Source: Octopus sinensis
Taxonomy: Eukaryota
DNA length: 64,000 bases
Assembly (NCBI RefSeq): GCF_006345805.1
Contig: NC_042999.1
Span: 41,416,001 to 41,480,000 of the forward strand
Direction: 5' to 3'
Shown here: piece after piece, positions 26,503 to 40,500 of the stretch
Numbering within the stretch: the first letter of the stretch is position 1
How the letters are laid out: each line of letters begins with the position of its first letter
Notes under the pieces: generated by a model
Seen by the model: the letters and a program-made list of their open reading frames with translations, nothing else
Told to the model about the DNA's origin: nothing
The model's database searches: none
Translations under genes and position numbers: made by a program

Positions 26503-27621
26503 GAATAATAATAATAATTATGATGATGATGATGATGATGACGACGACGACCACGACAATAACAACAACAACAATGATAATAAATAAAATAAATGAATAT
26601 ATTTGACAGAGTAACGATGTTATGAGGCAACGCACTAAAAATCTAATCAAATAAGAACCCATTTCTCAACTCATCAGCTTGCTTCGTGTGTTCTATAAAA
26701 AACAAGGATCATTGTTTTTTAGTTTATTTTGGTTATAAAGGTGTCGGATTCCTCTTTGCTATTCTGGTATTCCACAGATACCGCTAGCACTATAGGCAGT
26801 TCGTGCTTTGTATTTTCTGTTCAAGTAGACTTGAAGAGGCTAACATTGTTAGTGATGTACGAATTTAATTTGGTTATCTTTTGCTATCTTGTTTTAACAA
26901 CTACCTATTTATAATGCACGTGTGGTTTTATGTGCATCATTAATTTTCGGGGTACAGGGTTACATATAGCGCCGCGGTGAATACTCTCTAGATATGGTGT
27001 GCTGCCACAGAATTCTTGTAAATTGTGGTTAAGTATATATTTTCTCGACCAATGAGGGATGAAAAAGCAAATCGACCTTGGCAGGATTCGTACTATCAGC
27101 TTAAATGTGTGCGACTATCTACTGCCAAATTCTCTGAAACGTTCTTGCTTAGATTTTTAACCGCAGATGCAAAATTTAGAGGTGTTGGGTGGTACCCCAC
27201 TGTAGAATCCATGTTGAGATATTCACTGGACATCACTGCAATGGTGTTGCTCACCGAGGACGTCTGGAAATGACTAAAATTTGGGAGTTAAGGCCCCCAT
27301 TTAGGGTGTCTTAGAATCCTCATGTTAAGTGGAAACTTTGAGAATACTTCTTGATGTGTGTCATTTACCCATGGTTGAAATTTCATCAACATCGAAAATT
27401 TATAAATTTTCATGGGTGGTTTTGCCCCCTTTAAGCCATCTGAAATTCAATCCAAACATATCGCATTATACCCGCCCTTATGCATTGAATCTAAGTTTCA
27501 AATATCATAAGGATCCATTCAGTGATTTTGGTCCATGAAATTGTATGAAATACACAGCATTACCCTTCTCCCTAGGCTTCGATTTTGTGTTCCAGATTTC
27601 ATTATATATATATACATATAT

Positions 27622-28024
27622 ACTCTTTTACTCTTTTACTTGTTTCAGTCATTTGACTGCGGCCATGCTGGAGCACCGCCTTTAATCGAGCAACTCGACC
27701 CCGGGACTTATTCTTTTTGTAAGCCCAGTACTTATTCTATTGGTCTCTTTTGCCGAACCGCAAAGTAACGGGAACATAAACACACCAGCATCAGTTGTCA
27801 AGCAATGCTAGAGGGACAAACACAGAACACAAACAACCACACACAACATATTATATACATATATACGACAGGCTTCTTTCAGTTTCCGTCTACCAAATCC
27901 ACTCACAAGGCTTGGTCGGCCCGGGCTATAGCAGAAGACACTTGCCCAAGATGCGCGCAGTGGGACTGAACCCGGAACTATGTGGTTGGTAGCAAGCTAC
28001 TTACCACACAGCCACTCCTGCGCC
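27622..28024 (-). mobile_element. Full-length OR1-like octopus SINE
   Basis: Minus strand: ggcgcaggagtggctgtgtggtaagtagcttgc...ccgggttcagtccc (A/B boxes) through the tail gactgaaacaagtaaaagagtaaaagag; matches 62996-63403. Confidence 0.88.
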
Positions 28025-28028
28025 TTTC

Positions 28029-28112
<84 letters not shown>

Positions 28113-29239
28113 ATATAGATGCGGGTTCCTTTCAGTTTCCGTCTTCCAAATCCACTCAGAAAGCATTGATCCGCTTGGGACTATAGTGGAAGACACTTGC
28201 CCAACGTACTGCGCAGTTAGGACTGTCTCAGGACCCACATGGATTGAATTGAATACACGCCTGCTACTAAATCAATCTGAACAAATCACTAGCATAACAG
28301 TTCTGCAACGTCCGCTATAAATCTTGTGGGGCAATATGTCTGATATTGTTTTTTTATAACAATGTGCTGTTACGCATCAAAACACTTTGAAGAGAAATAT
28401 AAGAAAAAAATACATTTCCTTTCAGCTATCGTACATTGACCTTTGCATTGTCTTCGTATTTGTCCATCAATCTTCTACCATCAACTTTTCCGTACGTTAA
28501 TCAATGTAGTGTATCAACGTTCTTGAACACATACAGCTATTTATTTATTTATTTATTTATTTGTGTAAATGTCAGATCTTTGTATTAGTGTGTGTGTGCG
28601 CATGTGGTGAACTTAAATAGAAGGAGGGGTACACAAAGTGTATGGATATTTGTGTGTGTGTATGTCTACACAGGCTAGAGGTTGCGTATGTGGATGTATC
28701 TCTCAATCTTTCTATTTCTATCTTTCTATCTCTCTATCCGTCTATCTATATGCAGACAGACAGACATAGATAGATACATATATATTTTATATGATGTAAT
28801 ATTATATGATTAAATGGCATACACGCACGCGCACTTACAGTTTCATGCTCGAGCACAAAAGAACTACACACACGCACACTCAGAATTATAAGCAGGGAAG
28901 ATGAATGGACAGTTCAACATATGGTACGCACGTGTTCAGAGCATGGTTATTTACTTATTTATGCGTAGTATATTTTATGATTGCGTAAACATGCCATATC
29001 GTCAGGCGATATTGACCATTTTAATGGTAAAATGTTCAATATCGTTATGGTTACGTAATAACATATTATGCATAAATAAATAAATGATTATGCTCAGGAA
29101 ACGAGCGTAGCATAACTTCAATTTTTCCATATATATATATATATATATATATAAATATATACAAACACATATATATATATATACACGTATATATAGGAAT
29201 ATATAATATATATAAATATATACAAACACATATATATAT

Positions 29240-29298
<59 letters not shown>

Positions 29299-29316
29299 TG
29301 TATATATATGTATACA

Positions 29317-29376
<60 letters not shown>

Positions 29377-29904
29377 CAGGCATGCATACGTACATAATTG
29401 TTTGACATTTCCCCCTAACAAACCCCCAATCAATAGAATGTTTACTATTACAAATGATATATAAAAGAACATATATAATTCCTTCAGTAAGGATTGACTA
29501 TTTAATCGAGGCCGACATTATAGCACATTACGACACTGAGTACACCCGTATCCGTCTTCAGTTCAGCTATCTTTAGGTACGTGTACAGAAAAGACAAAGA
29601 CATATTTTAAAATAAGGGAAACAAAAACGAAATTGCTTATTGTGCTATAACTTCATCTTTAAAGAGCACCGAATTCTTGTAATTGTAGTTCTGGCGTTTC
29701 CATGGTTTCTAACTTCAATTGTGCTTCCAATGTTTTTAATCTGACATGAAATATATAATAAAATGATGCATCAATTGTATATATCAGGAAAACAATTGTT
29801 GATGCATACATACCTACATACTAACATACCTACATATACAAATCCACCTATCTACCTCGCTATATACATACATACAGAGAGGCAGAAAGACAGACAGATA
29901 GATT

Positions 29905-29988
<84 letters not shown>

Positions 29989-30399
29989 TACACATGAATA
30001 CACATATATGCATATATAAAAATGTATATACGCATGTATACTTATATAAACATAACCACGCAGATATTTACATATACACAGCTATGTACATAAACATATG
30101 TATGTTTGTATGTATGTATGTTTATTTGCTATAAACCGACGTTCGAACATGAGGCATAGGCAATGTTGCTCTTTCTATCTTGTTTACACCAAAAGAAATT
30201 GTAAAGTGAAATTTGATTTGTGTTTTTTGTAAAGTACTTTATCAAATAATGTGTTATTTTCTATGCTCATGTTAACCATCTTACATTGTGTTGGTATTTA
30301 TCTCTCCATCAATTTATGCATATATATTATTTATGTACGCATACATATAAATATATATATGGTGTATGATATACGTACGCAGGTATACATTCATATAAT

Positions 30400-30471
<72 letters not shown>

Positions 30472-31125
30472 ATTTATATATTTATATATATACACACACT
30501 TATGTATGTACGTATGTATATATGTATGTAAGTAGGTATGTATTGTATGTACATGTATTAAGAATATCACAGCAGTTTTGATCTTGGTGTCTGTAGAAGA
30601 GTAAATATGATTAGTTAAGTGTGTTTTGTGTGTGTTAGAGAGAAAGAGACAGACAGACAGATATAGATGCGAACAGACTGTAGCGAAAATAATTGTATGG
30701 TTGAGCAGGAAAAAAAAATCAGTGTACAGAATTGACACGAGTTAATTCGTCTACCTGTGAGAATAATGCAAATACATTTTTTAACGGTGTTTAAAGATCG
30801 ATAGAGAATGTTAGGTGGATGGTAGGTGTAGTGATTGTCGTGAACATATTTTCTATACAAGAAAGATATGCGAAATCTTCTATCGCCTTTTTTTGGCAGG
30901 TCTCTTGGCTAGCAATTCTCTGCTACAAGTTGCGACGTAAGCCACTATAATAATCTGCGATTCATTGAGCTAAACTTTAGCTGTTAAAGCGATGACATAA
31001 ACGCGCATATATTATATGAGAGTAATTTTCTGCATACTTAGCGTGATTAAAGACTTGTGAGATTAATTCAAAAGAGTGAAAGCTCTTCTAATTTTGTGAA
31101 TAAAAGTATGCGCATGTATGCGTGT

Positions 31126-31181
<56 letters not shown>

Positions 31182-32030
31182 ACAGACACAGACTGTGTGT
31201 CAATAGCCAACTGGAAAAGATACTTTCCTGGGGCTTAAACAATTGTAACATCGTCCTTTATAAGATCGCCACATTCTGTTCGCAAATAAGCTTTAATATT
31301 CGGTACTGTTAATGTAAATCTCTCGCTGAGAGATTTAAAACAAGTTGTTTTTTCTCTATACGAGATCAGCAACTGTGTATCGCTTAAAGAATATATAGTG
31401 TTTACGAGTGGAGAAAGCTTTCATCATCAGCTGAGGACAGGTAACCAACCAGAAACCATGTTCTGTGAGTATCACGGTAGGCTGGAGATGTGAGCGATGA
31501 CCTCTCTTGCAAACACTATAAGGACACCGACTGTATTGACAGCCAGCCGGAAAAGATGTTTTCCTGGACCTTAAACAACAGTAATATCGTCCTTTATAGG
31601 ACCGCCGCATTCTCTTGGCAAATAAACTTTACTATTTGGTGCACTTACCGTATATCTCTCGCTGAGAGATTTAAAACAATTTGTTTTCCTCTATCTTAAA
31701 AATTGTATGCCATGAAATATTTCTACTTAGGCTTAACATACTCCTAAACTAATCGCGAAGTTTTATCTAGTGCAATATGATTGAAAAATAGCATGCGGCA
31801 TTCAATTGATGTAAGTTGATTAAAGGTAACAATGAAATGCCTAACTACGGAAGTGCAACTGTTTGAATTGGGGCTGAGATACCTCTGTATGTTTGGATAA
31901 GTTTTTAAACCAGACAATAACCAAAGGTAAGAAACATGATGACGGATGCAGTTAAAGTAAGCCTTCGAGCATGGCGATATCATTTCGCGCGCGTGTCTGT
32001 GCGTGTGCGTGCGTGTACGCGCATGTTTTT

Positions 32031-32182
32031 GTGGTTGTGTGGTAATATGCTTGCTTCGTAACCACATGGTTCCCAGTTCAGGCCCACTGCGTGGCACCTT
32101 GGACAAATGTCTTCTACCATGGCCTCGGACCAAAGCCACGTAGGACTAAACACGGAACGATGTGGTTTTGAAAGAAGCTTCT
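32031..32182 (+). mobile_element. OR1-like SINE 5' part, diverged
   Basis: gtggttgtgtggtaa...ggttcccagttcaggcccactgcgtggcaccttgg. Confidence 0.7.
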
Positions 32183-33055
32183 TGCTACACACTCACGTAT
32201 GCATATGTAGATATATGCGCATGTGTATTTGTGTATGAAACATTACCCGCTTCGTGAACTTGTACCATTCTGCGACATGCTTTAGCTACTTGATCTAGGT
32301 AACTATATAATCTCGAAGAAACTGATAGACCCACTCTTCCGACCAAGACTTGACGAGCAGAACATTAAGGATGTGAGGGGGAAATAGAAGAGAGAAGGGG
32401 TTACAACACCATTTAGGTGTCACACTTTACACAGGTCTAGTTTTGATAAACGCGAAATAGAGCACCTTCACGCACACGCATATACATACCCACACATATA
32501 CACACTCACGCACATACACAGTCACTCGCAAATGAATATATGTGTGTGCGTGTGTATGTATGTTTCTGTGTACATATCTATATCTATGCATTATATAGAT
32601 AAAGACACGTGCACTCATATCCACTCAAAACAAACGCATACACACAGACATGCGCATATGTATGTATGTATATATATGCATACATATATATATATACATT
32701 TATAGGTATACACACATATATATACATATACATATATATATATGTATATGTATGTATGTATGTATGCATGTATGTATGTATGTTTGTATGTATATATATA
32801 TACTCCTGTGTCTCATTGTATATAGGCCTGAGTGTAGGTATATATAGTTGTCTTAGCCTATTCCCTCTTGTACGTGTGTGGATATATTTAGTCCGAATAT
32901 ACTAGTTAGGTTATATACAACATATAACACTAACCCATCAAAAATAATATCATCGACTTGCATAGCATTTGATAGCAAGTAGAAATTGATATATGATCTC
33001 GTAAATAATTGTATAAGGTTGATTTGTTTCGTTACTGTGTATGTGTGTGTGCGTG

Positions 33056-33105
<50 letters not shown>

Positions 33106-33124
33106 GATTATTATTATTATTATG

Positions 33125-33174
<50 letters not shown>

Positions 33175-33539
33175 CATTATTATTATTATTTCTTTTCGCA
33201 TTTTTTGTAATATATGACATGAAGGCCGATAGATTCTGATAGCTAATATATATACAAATATATACACCGGGATGATGTATTGTGTATGTACGACGGAATG
33301 TTAAGTACTATATATAAAGATTTTCGTTTTTTTTGTTATTTTATACATTTTGCTTTCATTTTTAATGTGCTTTGAATATATATATATCATTGCTCCTCTC
33401 TAACATATTGGATATACAAACGATTTTATGTGCTATATAATCTTCAAGTCGATAACGTATTCTGTCGTAATATATACATACATAAATATACACTTACATA
33501 CACACTCACACAAACACAGTGTTGAACACAAGACGTAGA

Positions 33540-34330
33540 TTGTATAATTTATTGGGGGTATTTTTCCGGGGTCTGATTCGGTCCGGACCTCCAGATGGAC
33601 AAACACTGGGACAATATAACAAGCAGGATGACCACGCTATCAATGAAACGTCAGACAAAGGTGTCTAACGCGTCCGTCATCTACTATCGCTTGACCTGTT
33701 GCCTTGTCCTGGCCACCGTTAGATTACGCTAGAGCGTATACTCTTCTGCTTCCAAAAATCTCTGGCCTGGCAGTGCTACCGGGGAGCTTTCCCTGTTCGC
33801 GATAAACTTTGCAGGCACGGAAGTGCCGTCTGCCGATCATCTTCGAGATTCGCAAAGAACGACGGGACGGTCCAGCATGCATTCCTCCAGTGTCTGAGTA
33901 TTGATGGCCTGTGGATTTATGTTGAACATTTGCTGTTGCATGCGGGATGGATCCGTCTGTCAACTGAATCCAGCATGAACATCGCCCCTCCGGCTTCCTT
34001 AAACCAGGAAGGAATTACTGTTTTTTATATACCTAGTGGCCATGACGAAAGATGGATGGTGGACGAGACTGAAGGGGCTCAAGACAAACACTTTTCTCTT
34101 TAGTCAATCCCTGATGAACTGCTTCAAGTATTACTTGAAAAGGAAAATAAGGGTAGAGTGGGAATTGTTGTCTTCTAGCCAGTTTGCTGAAAGGTGGATG
34201 AAAGTCGCGAGAATGATGCTAGTGAATGGGCCTGCCCTGAGCATACGCCTGCAGTAGGAGAAAAGGAAAGGAAAAGAAGGCACCTGCCCCCAAAGTCAGA
34301 CTACTGGGGTTTTTTATGGGGTTGTTCCCT
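33540..34330 (+). mobile_element. 3' fragment of a Tx1/L1-like LINE ORF2 (zinc-finger/C-terminal region)
   Basis: FQKSLAWQCYRGAFPVRDKLCRHG...TVQHAFLQCLSIDGLW (zf-RVT-like), followed by WWTRLKGLKTNTFL...KRKIRVEWELLSSSQFAERWMKVARM; frameshifted. Confidence 0.6.
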
Positions 34331-34397
34331 GAGCAGCCCTCGAACGTCTCTTCCCTATTGTTTACACACAGAACACTCACAACACACTCACAACACA

Positions 34398-34440
<43 letters not shown>

Positions 34441-35149
34441 TCTTTCTTTTGTCTTGTACTGTTCATAATGATTTTCTTAATGTGAACCATTGTGGTTAAT
34501 AAAGAAATCATTATTATTGTTGCTGTTGTTTTACTTATCAGAACGCTCGGTCTTCTTTGCTCTGGTAGATTCTGAGAGGTTTCATAGGGTCTCTTCCCGC
34601 ACATCATCATCATCATTTCCTATACGCACAGCAGATTAGAATGGTTGGAAAAAAAACCCTCTTGAAATCGTACTACAACAAAATATAGATGCCAAGAACC
34701 TTCCTAAAGTATCCTAGCTGTACCTAGTAACTCTCTGGAGCTGATGATAATAATGCTGCTACTGCCGCTACTGCTGCGGATGATGATGATGATGAGGAGG
34801 AGGAGGTTGATGATGACGTGGATGATGACGACGACCATAATGATGATGATGATGATGATGATCATCATCATCATCATCATCGTCATCGTCATTAACAACA
34901 TCATCATCATCACTATTATTTTATTATTAATTCGTTTATTTGCCAGAAAGTGGTGGGCCATGAAGGCAATATTTGAAAGACAAAGTTCATGTGTAAAGTA
35001 CTTGGATCTTGAAAAAACCTTCATTAACTTTACAGATATCAACATCTTAATCATCCTGTTGAACCACACACACACACTTAAACATCAACGCTTTCAATAA
35101 ATTCAACAACTTTCACGCCTATTATGTTTTCACCTTATTTTCTCCTAAT

Positions 35150-35880
35150 CTAAACGATCCCTTTTCTAACTCCAATTTCCTCTACCTCTGCCTCTACTGT
35201 TTGTCCAGCTGCGACAGAGATTTTCAATCATACTACATCTTACATCCTTATTATTCGACGTGTATAACTCTCCCCGCTTTATCCAAATCGCACTAATTCG
35301 GGGTCGCCAAGTCACCCAAGCACCTTCCCAACTGCATGGATATGCCTCCCCTTTTCCAAAACATCGTCGTATCTCACCGCCATAAATTCTTCTAACACAT
35401 CTAATCGAATTCAACTCACCCTCTCTCCCCTTATGCCGACCACTTCTCTCCTTTTACCCACTTCCTTCCTCTTTCAAGCGTTACTGTAACATATGCCACT
35501 TACAAGTCAGTATCAACCTCCGCACCCGCTTTTCTCGGATCCTCCTCTTATTCCCGGCCCCGTTCTCACACTTGTCCTTTCCTCAACAACCACCACACAT
35601 TCCATATTTCATCATTCCTTCCCCTGCTTTGTACATCGGTCATCCATCCTACCATTTAGTTGACCGATTCATGCAATATTTTCGTGACATCCTGGTCAAT
35701 AATCAGAGCTCTATCTCTCTCCCTATTTCCACTCAGATCACCACTCAAACACGACATTTAACAATGGCTTGGCGTGGCGTTACACAGTGTGTCCACTAAG
35801 CCTTCGCTTCGGAGAGAGCAGCGTTGTATTTTTAATTTACTCACACGCAATTCAGCCTCATTTCAACACACACGCAATTC
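35150..35880 (+). mobile_element. Decayed Penelope-like element, GIY-YIG endonuclease end
   Basis: PALYIGHPSYHLVDRFMQYFRDI (cf. LYIGxTxRxLxxRFxEHxRDI) and REQRCIFNLLT (cf. RExxxIFxLxT). Confidence 0.55.
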
Positions 35881-36316
35881 AGCCTCAATTCAGACACACA
35901 CGCACGCACGCACATGCCAACATAGCACTAATGTCATAAAACATGGCAATATTCGTGTCAACTGCATAAATACACTCGCATTACGTTATGACAGGCTTAT
36001 TCCTGCATCCGCATGCATAAAAACAAAACCCATACATATAACAAATATACTCAGTAAGTCGCACGCACAGATGACTTAGAAAGACATATGCACACCAAAA
36101 GCACTTCTCCTTAACACACACACACACACACACACGCAAACATACACACACACACGCACACAAACACACACACACACAAACACAAACACACTCAAACACA
36201 TACACGCAAACACACACGCACATGTGCACACACCAACTAGCCCACAGACTTACGTCTGACCGTACATTCACTCTCCTCCCAAAACACTCCATTTAGTCTA
36301 AACTTTATTTCTCATC

Positions 36317-36622
36317 GAGGTGTGAATTAGTGGGTAGCGTATTCGACTGACGATCAAAGGGCCATGAGTTCGACCCCTGGCGGTGCGCGGCGTCCTTGAG
36401 CAAAACATTTTACTTCACGTTGATCTAGTTTACACCGCTGGGACCTGAATTTTAAAGGGCCATCCTTGTTACATTCTGTGTCACGCTGATTCTTCCTGAG
36501 AAATACGTTAATGATATACAAGACTCTGGAGTATTCAGCCACTTGCACTTTAACTTCAGGAGGTGGCTGTTCCTTTGATCGGATCAACTGGAAATTTTGT
36601 CGCCATGACCGACAGAGCGCCA
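36317..36622 (+). mobile_element. tRNA-headed SINE, same family as 14061-14372
   Basis: gagttcgacccct B box, then gtccttgagcaaaacatttt; 3' end ...cgccatgaccgacagagcgcc aligns with the other copy. Confidence 0.7.
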
Positions 36623-37432
36623 GTTAATGCTGGTCACATAGCAGTCAAACATGTAAACCAATACCAGGTGCCTTTTCGGTTTCTCTTCTTTCGTTTTCTT
36701 TGCACTTCGTTTCCCAGTTTCGCCTGTATTTTCCCGCTTCCATTTTGCATTATGCGGAGAACATTGTTCGAAAAGCTGTAACCATTAAACGTTTTCCCTT
36801 CTCTCAAGCGTCAAAGTAATAACACTGACTGTGAACCAATCCCGTCTGTGTTTTTGTTCAGCACTTTTCTTATATTTGTCATATATTTGTGTGTGTTTGT
36901 GTGTGTGTGTGTCAGTACATATATTTAGGTACGTGTCTGCATTTTTGTATACTTATGACAAATCGCGCATCAAATTCCTTTCCTCTACTTGAAAGGCAAC
37001 ATAAACATTCGATAATTAGAGATCGACAAAAATAGCTACCAAACTGAAATATGTTCAGGTTCGATATCACGGACTGTATCTAGGTGTGTGCGTATTGCAG
37101 CACGCACACACACATACACAAATACGTGTTTACACACTGTCACACACATCCTTTTAAAGTCATCTCTCCAATATATGTCACCTTGAGACGGATGACTAAT
37201 TCAGAAAGCCAAAATTGACAAATTCTTTTCTATTTGCCGACAATATTTTATAGCACCATGGTTAGCAGGCCATAATTATCTGTCAAGTCTCTGTTGTTTA
37301 ATAGCCATTCCCAAGATTTTGTTGAGAGTACGTATTTGTGTATAATTTATATATACATACATACATACCATACACACACACACATATATATATATATGGT
37401 GTGTGGTGTGTGTGTATATATATATATATCGC

Positions 37433-37470
<38 letters not shown>

Positions 37471-37513
37471 GTGATATATATATATACGTGTGTGTGTATG
37501 TATATGTATGTAT

Positions 37514-37590
<77 letters not shown>

Positions 37591-37595
<5 letters not shown>

Positions 37596-40500
37596 ATATA
37601 TAAACGGCAGTTTGTCTGTGCGTGCTTCTGTGTGTCTGTTTTCTCGTACCCTCACCCTGACCACGGCTTTCAACCGATTCTGATGAAACTTGACACACAC
37701 ATAGCCCAATGTCATAATTCAAAACTAACGAAGCGAAAATTTTGAAAAGTTCCCCCAGTTCTGAAAAAAATTGATAAATTCGACATGGGTGTCGAGAATC
37801 ATAAACATGAACCACAGACTGTCTAGGGGACGCAACTCGAGAATCTAAGCTTTTTTTATGCAACGCATTATCTATGGTAGTTTTCACAACTTGCAATCGA
37901 TTTTCACCAAACTCATGGTGAAGCTTAATGTTACCCTAAGAAACTCAATTCTGACGTTAGTTTTCCATGCAATACCTTACCATCAGAAACAATCGATAAA
38001 ATCATGCCATTTTGGGAAATCGCGTTCAAATTCAAGATGACATATTTTCGACAATATCTTTCACAAATTGGCAGGAATCTTTTTTTTTTCACAACGAGCT
38101 TCATGTCTGCTCCAAGGAGCTATAGCCCTTTTTATCCAATAGGATACATTATTGGAAAAAATCGGTTAATTAATCATATGTGGCACACATAGCAAACAAA
38201 TTTGTGTATTAAACACAAACCAGACTGTCTAGGGGACGCAACTTGACCTTTTAGCTATCGATAATTCGATCCAACCAATTCCTACCAGGAAGAATTACAT
38301 TCGAGACTTTACCCCCAACACCGCCACTTCTGCTAATAGCTGCTGCAGCCGCAAGTTATTCGAATACTTTTTGGGTTTAAAACTTTCTTTATAACTACCA
38401 CCCCAAACGTTTTACCTTCAATTTTGACGTACCCTAACGGTCCTCGGACGCTACTTGCAAACTCTTGGTTTATTATAAACCACTTTTGTCGTGTGCATCA
38501 AAAAACTTTTCCTTTCGTTTGTTCAGTTTGATCACTTTGACTTTTTCGTTGTTGTCACTCACATTGCTGCCAGCTTTTTGGCCGTTTTTGTACATTTTTA
38601 TACATTTTCGGATACTTACCCCACGAGCTCCTTTTTATTACACCTTTACCAAACACATTGCTATCCACCAAAATACTTACCCCACGGTTCCTTTTTATTA
38701 CACCTTTGCCAAACACATTGCTATCCACCAAAATGCCACCCAAGAAGAGAAGGACCCTCCTCAGCCCTCGGACGGCCAAGGCATCGGCTGCTAGGGCTAG
38801 AAGGGCACGCGAGACCCACGAGGAAACCGCCTTGCGCCTCTCGCAAACAGCTTCCCGTTATGCCGCTGCTCAGGCATCTGAAACTACTAGCGACCGTTCT
38901 ACCCGACTTGCAAGGGTCGCAGCGTACAGATCTTCCCTCCGCTCGAGGTTGACGAAAGAGCAACAGTCCAGCCAAAACATGCGGGCTTCTTACTGTGCTT
39001 CCATCCGCAGAGCTCGCGAGAACCCCGAACAAAGGGCCATTCGGAATGCGGCTAACGCCACTAGCACTGCCAGGACACGATCTGTCGAAACCTCACAGCA
39101 GAGGAGAACTCGCCAAGCTGCTAACAGCCGCAAAAACACAGCCAGGGCTCGATCTGCCGAAACTCCACACCAACGGACTATTCGGACATCCAGACATGCC
39201 ATTAACACTGCTTCTGCTAGGGCTTCAGAGGGTGCTGAGGCGAGAGCTGAAAGGCTTTCAAGGGATGCCACTGCTACTACCGCTGTCGCACGTGCATCTG
39301 AATCTGCGAGGCACGGTGCACTCGACTTGAGAGTATCAACAAACGTCGGGATATCATTCGTGGTGTACGTACCCCTGCCCCCGCTTTCTGGTTGTCACTA
39401 GCATTCAACTACGACCCCACAATTAACTTCTCCTTGCGTGACGACATCAAGATAGGGTCAATGACAATTGTATGCCAGTTTTGCAAAGCCAAGAAATGGC
39501 CCGGAGAGCCACCTGGTTTGTTTGTGCTGCTCTGGTGGCAAAGTGGACCTGCCACCCCTACGGGAACCACCTCAACCACTGAAGGATCTCGCGGCGGGTT
39601 TAACCCCCGATTCGTCACAATTCCTTGAAATAATTCGAAAGTACAACTGCTCATTCCAAATGACCTCTTTCGGGGCCAAAATTCCTCCCAGAGAAGGCTG
39701 GATGCCTACTTTCAAAGTGCAGGGACAGGTCTACCATCTTATTGGGTCACTTCTGCCAGACGAGATTCAGCAGTCTTCTTTCCTCCAAATATACTTCATT
39801 GCCGACTACAACCACCAGGTTGATGCACGCCTTGGAATAATACCGGGTACAAGCTATGTTCCCCGCAAAGACATTCTTCTCTCCGTCTCCAAACCATGCT
39901 TCATGATATCAACAGCTACGTCTGCAGCTTCAGATATGCCTTGGACGTGCTCCTTCTCCAAACTTCACCGTTGTCATTGATGCTGATAAACGACCCCACG
40001 GGGAGCACGAACGCCGTTTCAACGCCTGCGTGCAACGAAATTGCCGCAGTTATACACGGAGAGCAACACAACAGCCGTGACATAATCATCTCCTCCCGTG
40101 GTAACAACCTACACAGGATCAGCGAGACTCACAGATCTTATGACGCGCTTCATCCATTGCTTTTCCCTTATGGGGAAGACGGCTACCACTTCGGAATTCC
40201 TTTACGGCAGCCCTCCAATCAAACTACTGCGGCATCAAGACGGTTTCCTGCAGGGCGTTCTACTCATACCGGTTCATGGTCAGGGAGGGTGAGTTCAACT
40301 TATTGCCCGTTGTCGTCAGCTATTCAACAGTTCGCCGTCGACATGGCCGCAAAAATGGAATCGGAAAGGCTGCTATACATTAAACTTAATCAGACCAAAC
40401 TTCGCTCCGACTCCTACATTCATCTCCCGTGACGGTTTGCAACAAGAAAATGACCCTCGCAACATCGGCAAGCCATGCATTCTACCCTCCACCTTCACGG

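Noticed and set aside
27270-27590. Possible non-autonomous Helitron/HINE-like core (aagtttcaaat...ccattcagtg)
   Set aside because: Only loose motif similarity; no termini identified
30900-30936. Possible 37-nt micro-exon (ttttttggcag|...|gtaagc)
   Set aside because: The frame needed to join the phase-0 exon at 44441 contains a stop; no other support
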